From the sequence record MF327009: DNA of 64,000 nucleotides; one strand, 5' to 3'. This stretch comes from Shigella phage Sf25. Position numbers and translations under genes: made by a program. The notes beneath the pieces are model-generated. The model was given only the letters and a program-made list of their open reading frames with translations, had not been told where the DNA came from and ran no database searches. Each line of letters begins with the position of its first letter. Position 1 is the first letter of the stretch. Of this stretch, positions 31,163-41,382 are shown in pieces.

Positions 31163-32332
31163 TTAAAAATATTTTTTAAAACTCATCATAACTTTATCAT
31201 CAACATCATTATCAATCTGTGCTACAAGGTAAGATGACAGTTCTACTTCTTGTGGCGCGGATTGAACATTATCAGAATTAAGATATTCACGAATCCAAGG
31301 ATACGGATGTTTAACCGGAGCATCAGTAATTGGGCATGGAAGACCGCACTGTTTCATACGAGATACAGTTAAGTAATCAATAAAGCTCCACATGCTATTT
31401 GTATTTAATCCAGGAACATCGCCATCTTTAAATAAATGAACTGCCCAGTCTTTTTCTTGACGGTTAACTTCCATGAAAATATCAACTGCTTCTTGTTCAC
31501 ACTCTTGGGCAATTTTAACCCATTCATCACCATCAGTGCCAAGTTGAAGTTGACGAATAATATATTGGGTGCCTTTAAGGTGAAGCTGCTCATCACGTGC
31601 AATGAACTTCATAATCTTGGCATTACCTTCCATGATTTCCATGTTTTTATGGAAGTTAAAGGTACATGCGAAAGATACATAAAAACGAATAGCTTCCAAT
31701 GCGTTGATTACATGCAAGCAGAGGTAAAGAGATTTCATTAGCGCTCGTTTAGTACATTCAACAACTTTGCCTAGCTCTTCTTTACGAAATCCTTCTGATA
31801 AAATTCCTTCATAATCTTCAACCGCATTCTGGTATTCACGAGTCTTAACTAGAACATCATCGTAATAGCGACCAATGGACTCGGCACGTTTCATAATAGC
31901 TTTATCTAATACAATCTCATCAAACACCTTTGACGGATCAGTATAAAGATTTCGCATGATATGAGTATATGAACGACTGTGAATAGTTTCACTAAAAGTC
32001 CATGTAGCAACCCATGTATCAAGGCTTGGATCTGAAATTAATGACATAAGTACAGCAGACGGTGCACGACCCTGAATGCTATCCAAAAGTGATTGATACT
32101 TCAGGTTATTAGTAAAAATATCTTGCTGATATTGAGGAAGCTTGTTAAATTGTGCAGCATCCATCATCAAGTTTACTTCTTCAGGACGCCAGAAAAATGA
32201 CAATTGCTTTTCGGTTAAATCTTCAAAAACTTTATGGCGTTGAATATCATAACGCGCAATACCAAGACCTGAACCGAAGAACATAGGTTCTTTTAAAACA
32301 TCAACTGGATTTGTATTAAAAACTGTGCTCAT
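31163..32332 (-). CDS. nrdB: ribonucleotide reductase small subunit, uninterrupted (no intron)
   Basis: Continuous 389-aa ORF MSTVFNTNPVDVLKEPMFF...; ferritin-like di-iron protein. Confidence 0.9.
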   Translation of the reverse strand: MSTVFNTNPVDVLKEPMFFGSGLGIARYDIQRHKVFEDLTEKQLSFFWRPEEVNLMMDAAQFNKLPQYQQDIFTNNLKYQSLLDSIQGRAPSAVLMSLISDPSLDTWVATWTFSETIHSRSYTHIMRNLYTDPSKVFDEIVLDKAIMKRAESIGRYYDDVLVKTREYQNAVEDYEGILSEGFRKEELGKVVECTKRALMKSLYLCLHVINALEAIRFYVSFACTFNFHKNMEIMEGNAKIMKFIARDEQLHLKGTQYIIRQLQLGTDGDEWVKIAQECEQEAVDIFMEVNRQEKDWAVHLFKDGDVPGLNTNSMWSFIDYLTVSRMKQCGLPCPITDAPVKHPYPWIREYLNSDNVQSAPQEVELSSYLVAQIDNDVDDKVMMSFKKYF

Positions 32333-32383
32333 AAATTTTCCGCTTAGTTAATAGATAGTGACTCGTCCGTGAGTCAAATTATA

Positions 32384-34897
32384 TCATAATTTACAGGATG
32401 AACAATCTTCAGCTTTTGGAGTTTCTATTTCATAATCATCAGTACCAGAACCGTCACGGGTATTATGATAATAGAAATTTTTTCCGCCAAAATACCAAAA
32501 ATATAAAAGGTCATCAATCATTATTGACATTGGAACCTTTCCTTTTGGAAAAATCTGCGGGTCATAATATGTATTAGCTGAAGCTGATTGACATACCCAT
32601 TTCAGCATAATAGCTACTTGCGTAAGATAAGGTTTATTGCCTTTCTTAGCTAATTTCCACGTATAATCATAGAGGTCTATGTTATGCTCAATATTGGGCA
32701 CGACTTGATTAAAGGAACCCTCTTTTGATTCTTTAACAGAGACTGGTCCACGTGGAGGCTCGATACCGTTTGTACTGTTAGAAACTTGGGAAGATGACTC
32801 ACATGGCATAAGTGCTGATAATGTGCTATTACGGATGCCAAAGAGCTTAAGGTCTTCCCGCAGCGACGACCAGTCACAAACGTATTTTGGAGCTGCGATT
32901 TGGTCAATCTTTTTATTGTACCAGTCGATAGGTAATTCGCCTCGAGACCAACGAGTGTCTGAATAATATTCGCAAGGTCCTTTTTCTTTGGCGAGCTTAA
33001 TGGATGCTTTAATGAGTCCATACTGTAATCTCTCAAATAGTTCATGTGTTAAATCGTTAGCATCTTCATAAGAAGCAAAATTACTTGCCAGCCAAGCTGC
33101 ATAGTTAGTAACACCTACACCAAGATTTCGACGCTTTTTAGCTTTTTCTGCTTCAGGAACTGGATATCCTTGGTAATCCAAAAGATTATCAAGAGCACGA
33201 ACTTGGACTTCTGCCAATTCATTAATTTTATCTTGGTCTTGCCAATCAAAGTTATCTAACACAAATGCAGATAACGTACACAATCCAATTTCAGCATCAG
33301 GACTATTCACATCATTTGTTGGAATAGCAATTTCACAGCACAAGTTGCTCTGACGAATAGGTGCCTTTTCACGAATAAACGGAGTATAGTTATTCGTATT
33401 ATCTATGAACTGTACATAAATCCTTGCTGTTCCTGAGCGTTCAGTCATGAGCAATTCAAATAGTTCACGGGCTTTAATACGCTTTTTACGAATATTAGGG
33501 TCTTTTTCTGCTGCTTCGTATAATTCACGGAAACGGTCTTGGTCTTTAAAATAAGAATAATAAAGCTCGCCACCCATTTCATGCGGACTGAACAAAGTAA
33601 TGTAATCGTTCTTTCCGAATCGTTCCATCATCAAATCATTCAGCTGAACACCATAATCCATATGACGGATACGGTTTTCTTCTACACCTTTGTTATTTTT
33701 CAAAACGAGAAGATTTTCAACTTCCAAATGCCAAATAGGATAATAAGCAGTAGCAGCGCCGCCACGAATTCCACCCTGTGAGCATGATTTAACAGCAGTC
33801 TGAAAATGTTTCCAAAAAGGAATAACACCAGTATGGCGTACTTCACCTGTGCCAATCTTAGAACCTTCGGCACGAATCATACCAACGTTAATACCAATTC
33901 CATAATCCATATGACGGATACGGTTTTCTTCTACACCTTTGTTATTTTTCAAAACGAGAAGATTTTCAACTTCCAAATGCCAAATAGGATAATAAGCAGT
34001 AGCAGCGCCGCCACGAATTCCACCCTGTGAGCATGATTTAACAGCAGTCTGAAAATGTTTCCAAAAAGGAATAACACCAGTATGGCGTACTTCACCTGTG
34101 CCAATCTTAGAACCTTCGGCACGAATCATACCAACGTTAATACCAATTCCAGCGCGTTTGGAGATATATTCAACAATTGAAGCAGAAGCCTTATTGATAG
34201 ACTTTAATGAATCACCTGCTTCAATAACAACGCATGAACTAAACTGCCGAGTTGGAGTACGGCAACCAGCCATAATAGGAGTTGGCAGTGAAATCTGTCG
34301 AGTAGATACTGCTTCATAAAAACGGATAACGTGTTTTAATCTATCAACAGGTTCATCTTGATGCAATGCCATTCCAATAGTCATAAATGCAAACTGTGGA
34401 GTTTCATAAATTTGACCAGTGGTTTTATCTTTAACTAGATATTTTTCTTTTAATTGCATCGCCCCGGAATAAGTAAATTCCATATCCCGCTCGTGCTTAA
34501 TTTTTGATTCTAAAAATGTAATTTCTTCGGCAGAATATTTTGACAACAATTCAGGGTCATATTTACCTTCATTTACACAGTAAGAAATGTGGTCAATAAA
34601 TGAACGTGGTTCATACTGCCCATAAACATGCTTACGAAGAGCGAACATTAAACAGCGTGCAGCTACATATTGATAATCAGGCTCTTCAACTGAAATAGAA
34701 TTCGCAGCAGCCTTAATTACAATGGTTTGAATGTCATCAGTTGTCATTCCATCACGGAGATATGATTTAATATTTTCATATAATTCATAAGGATCTACAG
34801 ATGTTCCTTCAGCTGCCCAAGATAAAACTTTAATAATTTTTTGCGGGTCAAAGCTCTGAGAAACACCACTACTTTTGATAACATTAATTAATTGCAT
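32384..34897 (-). CDS. nrdA: ribonucleotide reductase large subunit carrying an in-frame 249-bp tandem duplication (837 aa versus 754 aa expected)
   Basis: MQLINVIKSSGVSQSFDPQKI...; 83-aa block GIGINVGMIRAEGSKIG...NRIRHMDY repeated exactly. Confidence 0.9.
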   Translation of the reverse strand: MQLINVIKSSGVSQSFDPQKIIKVLSWAAEGTSVDPYELYENIKSYLRDGMTTDDIQTIVIKAAANSISVEEPDYQYVAARCLMFALRKHVYGQYEPRSFIDHISYCVNEGKYDPELLSKYSAEEITFLESKIKHERDMEFTYSGAMQLKEKYLVKDKTTGQIYETPQFAFMTIGMALHQDEPVDRLKHVIRFYEAVSTRQISLPTPIMAGCRTPTRQFSSCVVIEAGDSLKSINKASASIVEYISKRAGIGINVGMIRAEGSKIGTGEVRHTGVIPFWKHFQTAVKSCSQGGIRGGAATAYYPIWHLEVENLLVLKNNKGVEENRIRHMDYGIGINVGMIRAEGSKIGTGEVRHTGVIPFWKHFQTAVKSCSQGGIRGGAATAYYPIWHLEVENLLVLKNNKGVEENRIRHMDYGVQLNDLMMERFGKNDYITLFSPHEMGGELYYSYFKDQDRFRELYEAAEKDPNIRKKRIKARELFELLMTERSGTARIYVQFIDNTNNYTPFIREKAPIRQSNLCCEIAIPTNDVNSPDAEIGLCTLSAFVLDNFDWQDQDKINELAEVQVRALDNLLDYQGYPVPEAEKAKKRRNLGVGVTNYAAWLASNFASYEDANDLTHELFERLQYGLIKASIKLAKEKGPCEYYSDTRWSRGELPIDWYNKKIDQIAAPKYVCDWSSLREDLKLFGIRNSTLSALMPCESSSQVSNSTNGIEPPRGPVSVKESKEGSFNQVVPNIEHNIDLYDYTWKLAKKGNKPYLTQVAIMLKWVCQSASANTYYDPQIFPKGKVPMSIMIDDLLYFWYFGGKNFYYHNTRDGSGTDDYEIETPKAEDCSSCKL
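33651..34148. repeat. exact tandem duplication, 2 x 249 bp (33651-33899 and 33900-34148), in-frame within nrdA
   Basis: Identical nucleotide units; boundary ambiguous by 3 bp. Confidence 0.9.
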
Positions 34898-34915
34898 AAG
34901 TCCTCAACTTGAAAA

Positions 34916-35271
34916 TCGTCTTTAAACAATCGGTTAACTATATGAGCTATTATATCACCATGACACGGCTTTGGTTTACATGTGCATCCTAGCCTCATTC
35001 CACGTAAAGGCTCTAAATGTGCTTTAGTTATTTCTCCGGATTTAATTCGACGTATAAAATCTTTTTTGAATAATTCAATGGCAGCCTCCCGGCTCGTCTT
35101 TAAACAATCGGTTAACTATATGAGCTATTATATCACCATGACACGGCTTTGGTTTACATGTGCATCCTAGCCTCATTCCACGTAAAGGCTCTAAATGTGC
35201 TTTAGTTATTTCTCCGGATTTAATTCGACGTATAAAATCTTTTTTGAATAATTCAATGGCAGCCTCCCGGC
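34916..35271. repeat. exact tandem duplication, 2 x 178 bp (34916-35093 and 35094-35271), just upstream of the nrdA start
   Basis: Identical units; unit length not a multiple of 3; replaces the 3' end of the upstream ORF. Confidence 0.9.
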
Positions 35272-35392
35272 TGCCAGCATCTTTACCGACGTAATTTCCC
35301 CAAAATGTACCACGGTGAATATTAACATCAAAGTCGGATTTATATTTATTCACTACCCGGCATAGACGGCCCGCGCGGTTGTAGGTGTTCAT
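35075..35392 (-). CDS. hypothetical protein (nrdA.1-like); C-terminus altered by the 178-bp duplication
   Basis: ORF track; without the second copy the frame would end ...NRLFKDDFQVEDLCN overlapping the nrdA ATG. Confidence 0.45.
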   Translation of the reverse strand: MNTYNRAGRLCRVVNKYKSDFDVNIHRGTFWGNYVGKDAGSREAAIELFKKDFIRRIKSGEITKAHLEPLRGMRLGCTCKPKPCHGDIIAHIVNRLFKDEPGGCH

Positions 35393-35609
35393 ATTGTTCT
35401 TCCGTTAAAACAGTAATATCGTAGTAACAGTCAGAAGAAGTTTTAACTGTGGAAATTTTATTATCAAAATACTCACGAGTCATTTTATGAGTATAGTATT
35501 TTTTACCATAAATGGTAATAGGCTGTTCTGGTCCTGGAACTTCTAACTCGCTTGGGTTAGGAAGTGTAAAAAGAACGGCACCAGAAGTATCTTTAAATCG
35601 TAAAATCAT
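35346..35609 (-). CDS. hypothetical protein (87 aa)
   Basis: ORF track. Confidence 0.4.
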   Translation of the reverse strand: MILRFKDTSGAVLFTLPNPSELEVPGPEQPITIYGKKYYTHKMTREYFDNKISTVKTSSDCYYDITVLTEEQYEHLQPRGPSMPGSE

Positions 35610-36466
35610 ATTGCCATTTTCCCTTTAATTGCTGGATGCGATTCATAATTTTCAAGGATAAAATCTTTCGGTTTCATGTATTCAGTTAACCAGTAAAGCT
35701 GTGTTTCGGTGTCACAATTTCCAAACTCTATAGGCCAATCAATTTTAAGTTCACACAGTTCTTTAGGCTCACGACGTAAAATTTCTTTACATTGCTCAGT
35801 ATGATTCATATAGATGTGAGTATTACCACCAGAAAATATCAAATCTCCTGGGATAAGATTACACATCTTAGCCACAATATGCGTCAAGGCAGCGTACGAG
35901 GCAATGTTGAATGGCAAGCCCAAGAAAACATCTACACTTCTTTGGTACCATTGTAAATCAAGATAACCATTACGCACATTAAACTGATAGAACATATGAC
36001 AGGGCGGTAATGCCATTTGATTGATTTCAGCTGGATTCCATGCTGAAACGATTTGACGTCGATCAGTTGGTAATTTTTTAATACGATCAATAGTTTCAAC
36101 TAATTGATCCACACCACCGAAATCACGCCATTGTTTACCGTATATAGGACCAAGTTCACCACTATGATATCCTAGGTCTTTAGCTTGGTTTTCATAATTG
36201 TCATCCCAGATAGTTTTACCTTGAATAAGACTACCGTGAGTAAGAAGACGTAAATCATTAACATTGGTAGAACCGGAAATAAACCATAAAAGCTCAGCAA
36301 TGCATGCATTCCAGGCGAGCTTCTTAGTTGTTACTGCAGGAAAACCTTTGGTTAAATCCCATCGTAATTTAGTACCGAACAAAGCAATTGTTCCTGTGCC
36401 CGTTCGGTCATCGGTTTCATAGCCATTTTCAAAAATGTCTTTAATTAAATCTTGGTATTGTTTCAT
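35606..36466 (-). CDS. td: thymidylate synthase, uninterrupted (no intron)
   Basis: Continuous 286-aa [28 protein letters not shown] with catalytic PPCH; same length as spliced T4 Td. Confidence 0.9.
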   Translation of the reverse strand: MKQYQDLIKDIFENGYETDDRTGTGTIALFGTKLRWDLTKGFPAVTTKKLAWNACIAELLWFISGSTNVNDLRLLTHGSLIQGKTIWDDNYENQAKDLGYHSGELGPIYGKQWRDFGGVDQLVETIDRIKKLPTDRRQIVSAWNPAEINQMALPPCHMFYQFNVRNGYLDLQWYQRSVDVFLGLPFNIASYAALTHIVAKMCNLIPGDLIFSGGNTHIYMNHTEQCKEILRREPKELCELKIDWPIEFGNCDTETQLYWLTEYMKPKDFILENYESHPAIKGKMAI

Positions 36467-36511
36467 TTAGTACCTTATATAAATTATAATACATTTTATG
36501 AAGCTAAATAA

Positions 36512-36859
36512 TCAATACGGTTTAGCATCAAATTTTCTCTCAATTTCAGGTGTGAAATATAATTCTTTACCGCGTTTGGAAAAGCGACCAATAATATGAT
36601 AATTATTCTCATCAAACGTGATATTACCAATATCCATAGCTTTCAACCAAATATCGATATTTCTATCCAGCTTTATATCAAAATTCCAATACGGAGAACT
36701 ATTACCGAAAATACTACAAGCGGATTCAGTGAAACAGCTACTATAAATCTTGTCTTTAGGAACTACTAATTGATAGACACCTTTAATAAACTGAGGACCT
36801 TGCCATTTTGGCTGTTTCTCGTCTTTTTCTAACAGAATAGGGTAATAATTAAAATTCAT
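36512..36859 (-). CDS. hypothetical protein (115 aa)
   Basis: ORF track. Confidence 0.45.
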   Translation of the reverse strand: MNFNYYPILLEKDEKQPKWQGPQFIKGVYQLVVPKDKIYSSCFTESACSIFGNSSPYWNFDIKLDRNIDIWLKAMDIGNITFDENNYHIIGRFSKRGKELYFTPEIERKFDAKPY

Positions 36860-36878
36860 ATTTCCGCCACGCGTTATT

Positions 36879-37705
<827 letters not shown>

Positions 37706-37716
37706 ATTATCTCCTA

Positions 37717-38049
37717 TTAAAAAGGATCAGGAACATATCCGCTAGCTTTAATCATTTTAATTAACGTTAACATTCCTTTGTTAACTGCTCGGGAGATTTC
37801 ATCAAAAACTTCATCACTAAAAAGTTCTAACACGCCCTTCTGAACTTTTAATTTACAGCCAACAATTTCTTCATCGCCTATAGTAAATTCATTACCACCA
37901 ATTCCACCGAAAAACTTAATTACACCAGTTAACTGTCTTCCACGAGAATATGGGTCGTGTGATAAAGTAATATGAGTCACCCCGGGTACAGTTTTAAATT
38001 GGCAGCGAATATTTACTTGTGAAATTCCAGTTACATGAATGTCAGACAT
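37717..38049 (-). CDS. hypothetical protein (110 aa), frd.2-like
   Basis: ORF track. Confidence 0.45.
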   Translation of the reverse strand: MSDIHVTGISQVNIRCQFKTVPGVTHITLSHDPYSRGRQLTGVIKFFGGIGGNEFTIGDEEIVGCKLKVQKGVLELFSDEVFDEISRAVNKGMLTLIKMIKASGYVPDPF

Positions 38050-38059
38050 AATATTTTCC

Positions 38060-38302
38060 TCAAATAGACTTTTTCACAATTTTCCAATCAGCTTTAAACT
38101 GATCGACGTCAGAGTGATAAATCCAGAATCCTGCGCTTTCACCGTCTTCATAAAGCGGACACCCATCACATTCATCTTCCCATCCCATGCCACGTAAAAG
38201 GTGTTCAGCTTTTTCAACAAGTTCAGAATCTTTACCGATGATATTAAAATACCATTTACCTCTAACTTCTGAATCTTTGATGCTCTGGCGTTGTAATCTC
38301 AT
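38060..38302 (-). CDS. hypothetical protein (80 aa), frd.3-like
   Basis: ORF track. Confidence 0.45.
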   Translation of the reverse strand: MRLQRQSIKDSEVRGKWYFNIIGKDSELVEKAEHLLRGMGWEDECDGCPLYEDGESAGFWIYHSDVDQFKADWKIVKKSI

Positions 38303-38440
38303 TTTATTCTCCTTAGCAAGCTTTAATCAAAAGATATAAACAGACCAACATAACTGCTGCCATAATATAAGGTGCGAACATTTTCTTTTCTCCATTAGTT
38401 TTGATAGGGTAATAGTATCACACTACTACCCTTCTGTAAA

Positions 38441-38887
38441 CTACTTTTTGAAAGTTTTTCGCAAAAGTTCAATGATTTCATCTACATTGTTTTCGTCAAC
38501 AATGCAGTGAATTTTTGTTACGCCAGAAACCTTGTCTATGACTTCATCTACATTGTTTTCGTCAACAATGCAGTGAATTTTTGTTACGCCAGAAACCTTG
38601 TCTTTGACTTCATCTTCTTCAGAAGTCGGTTCTTTATACTCACGAAAACAATGAAATTCATCTTCGCAAATTTCTAAAAGTCTATCTTTGAGGTAAAAAT
38701 GCTTTCCATTTGCGCATTCAATGTGTTTTACTGCTTTATATCCATTAGCGACGGAAACTTCTTTAACTTCAAACCATCCGCCATTATCTCGAATAGCTTT
38801 AACGATTGATGAATTAGAACGTGGGCTATAATTAATAAATGTATCAATAAGTCTTGGAACAAGTTCATACTTTTTGCCAATATACAT
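38441..38887 (-). CDS. hypothetical protein (148 aa) with an internal 22-aa tandem repeat
   Basis: ORF track; ...VKDKVSGVTKIHCIVDENNVDE VIDKVSGVTKIHCIVDENNVDE.... Confidence 0.45.
   Translation of the reverse strand: MYIGKKYELVPRLIDTFINYSPRSNSSIVKAIRDNGGWFEVKEVSVANGYKAVKHIECANGKHFYLKDRLLEICEDEFHCFREYKEPTSEEDEVKDKVSGVTKIHCIVDENNVDEVIDKVSGVTKIHCIVDENNVDEIIELLRKTFKK
38472..38615. repeat. near-exact tandem repeat, 66-bp unit, about 2.2 copies, 2 mismatches
   Basis: Position i matches i+66 across 38472-38549 except at 38476 and 38538. Confidence 0.8.
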
Positions 38888-38930
38888 TACGTTTCCTCAT
38901 TTTGATAGGGGCTTGATAGCCCCTTGATAA

Positions 38931-39158
38931 TTATTGTTCAATCAGTCCCATGTAAAATTCTGCGTCTTCGGCATCCATGCCATCACAATATTCATTAGCC
39001 ATAAAGCGGGTGAGGTCTTCAAGAGGACCTTCAACAACAATTTGAATACTCCAAAATTTAGAATCTTGCACACTTGTGATACTAAGTTCAGGATAACGAT
39101 TACGAATAATCTCTTCAATATATTCAAAATCAACAATGTCAATATCAACTTTAGCCAT
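38931..39158 (-). CDS. hypothetical protein (75 aa from [11 protein letters not shown]), 32.1-like
   Basis: ORF track 38931-39221, trimmed to the internal Met that follows an RBS and the early promoter at 39201-39230. Confidence 0.45.
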   Translation of the reverse strand: MAKVDIDIVDFEYIEEIIRNRYPELSITSVQDSKFWSIQIVVEGPLEDLTRFMANEYCDGMDAEDAEFYMGLIEQ

Positions 39159-39200
39159 ATTATTTTCCTCTTTAATCATCAGCAGTATTGCCGATAGTTG

Positions 39201-39230
39201 TATAGTACCATGGAAGGACAAGGATGTAAA
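39201..39230 (-). promoter_or_regulatory. early promoter (-35 GTTTAC, -10 TACTAT) with AT-rich upstream element
   Basis: Minus-strand GGTTTACatccttgtccttccatggTACTAT; cassette recurs at 55870-55899 and 59253-59282. Confidence 0.5.
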
Positions 39231-39244
39231 CCGTTTTGTGAAAA

Positions 39245-39281
39245 AAATTTTTGAAATAAAAAGGGGACCTCTAGGGTCCCC
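39245..39281 (-). terminator. rho-independent terminator after gene 32 (GGGGACC-CTAGA-GGTCCCC plus U-run)
   Basis: Strong stem-loop followed on the minus strand by ttttatttcaaaaattttttt. Confidence 0.65.
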
Positions 39282-39303
39282 AATTAATTAGTAATATAAT
39301 CTA

Positions 39304-40212
39304 TTAAAGGTCATTCAAAAGGTCATCCAGGTCCGTGTCATCAGCACTAGATGAACTGCCAGAGCTTGAGCTCATAAAATCATCTTCAGTTTTTGTATTG
39401 AAGTCATCAACATTGAATGCATCCAAATCATCAGCAACTTTATCAGCTTTCTTAGCGGCAGTTGCTGCGGCACCGCCCATCACAGCAGTTCCCATAACTT
39501 GACCGAATTTAGTGCTCAGTTCTTCAAACGATTTGAATTTATCTTTAGAAGTCATTTCAGAAAGGTCAACCATTTGTTCGAACAGTTCTTTCTGGAAAGA
39601 TTCATCATCAATGTTTGGAATCGCAGATTGATTCAGGAATTTAGATTCATCGTAGTTACTAAATCCAGAAACCTGTTTAACTTTCAGTACAAAGTTAGCA
39701 CCTTCCCACGGACAAGTTACATCAACCGGAGTTTCACCCATTTCAACATCAACCGCAATCATCGCGTTGATTTTATCCCAGATTTTCTTACCGAAACGAT
39801 ATTTAAATACTTTACCTTCATTTTCTGGAGCAGCTGGGTCTTTTACAACAAGAATATTAGCCCAGTAAGAAGTTTTACGTTTAACAAGACTGTACTCTTT
39901 ATTGTCAGTGTTATACAGATCATTTTTACTAATGTATTGACATACTGGGCAAGAATCGTAATCACCGTGGGTAGATGAACAATTTTCGATATACCATTTA
40001 CCATTTTTCTTGAAACCGTGATTTACAAGAATTGCGAATGGTGCTTGTTCATCATTTTTAGACGGAAGAAAACGAATTACTGCTTGACCGTTACCCGCAT
40101 TGTCGAGTTTCAGTTTCCACTCGCCTTTATCTTCAGAAGAAAAACCACCTTTATTTCCAGCCAGTTTAGCCATTTGTGCAGCGAGTTCAGCAGTAGATTT
40201 ACGTTTAAACAT
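39304..40212 (-). CDS. 32: single-stranded DNA-binding protein gp32
   Basis: [50 protein letters not shown]; acidic C-terminal tail; matches recalled T4 gp32. Confidence 0.95.
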   Translation of the reverse strand: MFKRKSTAELAAQMAKLAGNKGGFSSEDKGEWKLKLDNAGNGQAVIRFLPSKNDEQAPFAILVNHGFKKNGKWYIENCSSTHGDYDSCPVCQYISKNDLYNTDNKEYSLVKRKTSYWANILVVKDPAAPENEGKVFKYRFGKKIWDKINAMIAVDVEMGETPVDVTCPWEGANFVLKVKQVSGFSNYDESKFLNQSAIPNIDDESFQKELFEQMVDLSEMTSKDKFKSFEELSTKFGQVMGTAVMGGAAATAAKKADKVADDLDAFNVDDFNTKTEDDFMSSSSGSSSSADDTDLDDLLNDL

Positions 40213-40310
40213 TTTTATTTCCTTTTTAATTTAATTAACAGTTGGTGCTATGACGATGTATGACCTCATAGCTGGTCAGTGAGATAATTATAATCTATTT
40301 ATAATAAGCA
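40213..40310 (-). promoter_or_regulatory. gene 32 5' leader: AU-rich translational operator (UUAAAUUAAAAAGGAAAUAAAA-AUG) and a TATAAATA late-promoter match at 40296-40303
   Basis: Sequence read directly; gp32 autoregulation through such an operator is established for T4. Confidence 0.5.
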
Positions 40311-40311
40311 A

Positions 40312-40809
40312 TTAATACTTGCAAGATTTCACAGTTTCAATAAAAACTTTTTTAGCTTCCTGTGAATCAATATTTAAAATTTTTCTATAAGCCTTTAACT
40401 TTATAGAATAATTATTCCAAACTAAATTATCAGTTTGTTGATCATGTTTATCAATTATATTTAAAAACGAATCAAGCAAGATAAACGTCTCAAACGAAAT
40501 TATGTTCGATTGCAGAAGTTTAAAAATATAACTTGACTGAACTTTTGGATTATACTCAAAAATTTCTTTAAAAGCAGAAACTTCAACTTTTTTACTAAAA
40601 TAATAAATGTTGCGAATATCTTCTTCAAACTTAAATTTAATTTGCTTTAAGCGTCCGATATATTCACGATAAAACACAAGTGCATCAGCGTCAGAGATGT
40701 CACCAATCCAAGCATCTTGGTTAGCAACCAAATTGCTTATAAAGATTAAAGCAAGTTCCTTTAATTTATATTTTTCTGATAACTTCTGGAAAAAATACTT
40801 ATCCCTTCG
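40312..40809 (-). CDS. 59: gp59 helicase loader, C-terminal 165 residues only (about residues 53-217), fused in-frame to gene 33
   Basis: RRDKYFFQKLSEKYKLKELALIFISNLVANQDAW...ETVKSCKY matches recalled T4 gp59; the N-terminal about 52 residues are absent. Confidence 0.75.
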   Translation of the reverse strand, partial: RRDKYFFQKLSEKYKLKELALIFISNLVANQDAWIGDISDADALVFYREYIGRLKQIKFKFEEDIRNIYYFSKKVEVSAFKEIFEYNPKVQSSYIFKLLQSNIISFETFILLDSFLNIIDKHDQQTDNLVWNNYSIKLKAYRKILNIDSQEAKKVFIETVKSCKY

Positions 40810-41127
40810 ATTAGTTTTTTCACAACGAACAACAGAAGGACGTAAAAGATTTTCGTCGATAGCTTCTGACTGAATTTTTTCAATTATACCCGAAGGAATA
40901 AATTTAGCAAATTGAGTTTCAGGAATAGAATTTTCTTCTAAGAACGCTGTTGTAGCTTCAAGATAACTCATTCCAAACTCTTCTACCATTTTTTCAATAA
41001 TAAATCCATTTTCTTGGCGGTCAAGAAGCTTTGCTATTTCATCCTTTTCTTTCTTAATTGAAAGTTCTTTTTCTGAAAGACCGGTCTCATCGACCGGACG
41101 AATATCATTTAGAGAAAACTGTGTCAT
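40810..41127 (-). CDS. 33: gp33 late-transcription co-activator, residues 1-106, lacking its last about 6 codons and stop, fused in-frame to gene 59
   Basis: MTQFSLNDIRPVDETGLSEKELSIKKEKDEIAKLLDRQENGFII...VVRCEKTN continues directly into the gp59 sequence. Confidence 0.75.
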
Positions 41128-41374
41128 AAAGTTCAACTACCTCTTCAGTTTCAGCTTCAAACACATCACGGTTATCTTTATGATACAAAGCTAACAGACG
41201 ATTAAACATCTTACCATCAACGCCAAGTTCATCTTTGGCACGAATTCGAATATCTTTAATCAATTCATTATAACCAGAAATTTTCAGTTTATGATCAGAT
41301 GCTTCTTTAATAAATTTAGCTAAGTCTTCGCCATGGATAGCTTCATCAAATTCAACCATTTCTTTTTTAGCCAT
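41105..41374 (-). CDS. dsbA: DsbA double-stranded DNA-binding protein
   Basis: 89-aa ORF; position between rnh and 33 as in T4. Confidence 0.75.
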   Translation of the reverse strand: MAKKEMVEFDEAIHGEDLAKFIKEASDHKLKISGYNELIKDIRIRAKDELGVDGKMFNRLLALYHKDNRDVFEAETEEVVELYDTVFSK

Positions 41375-41382
41375 TATTCACC

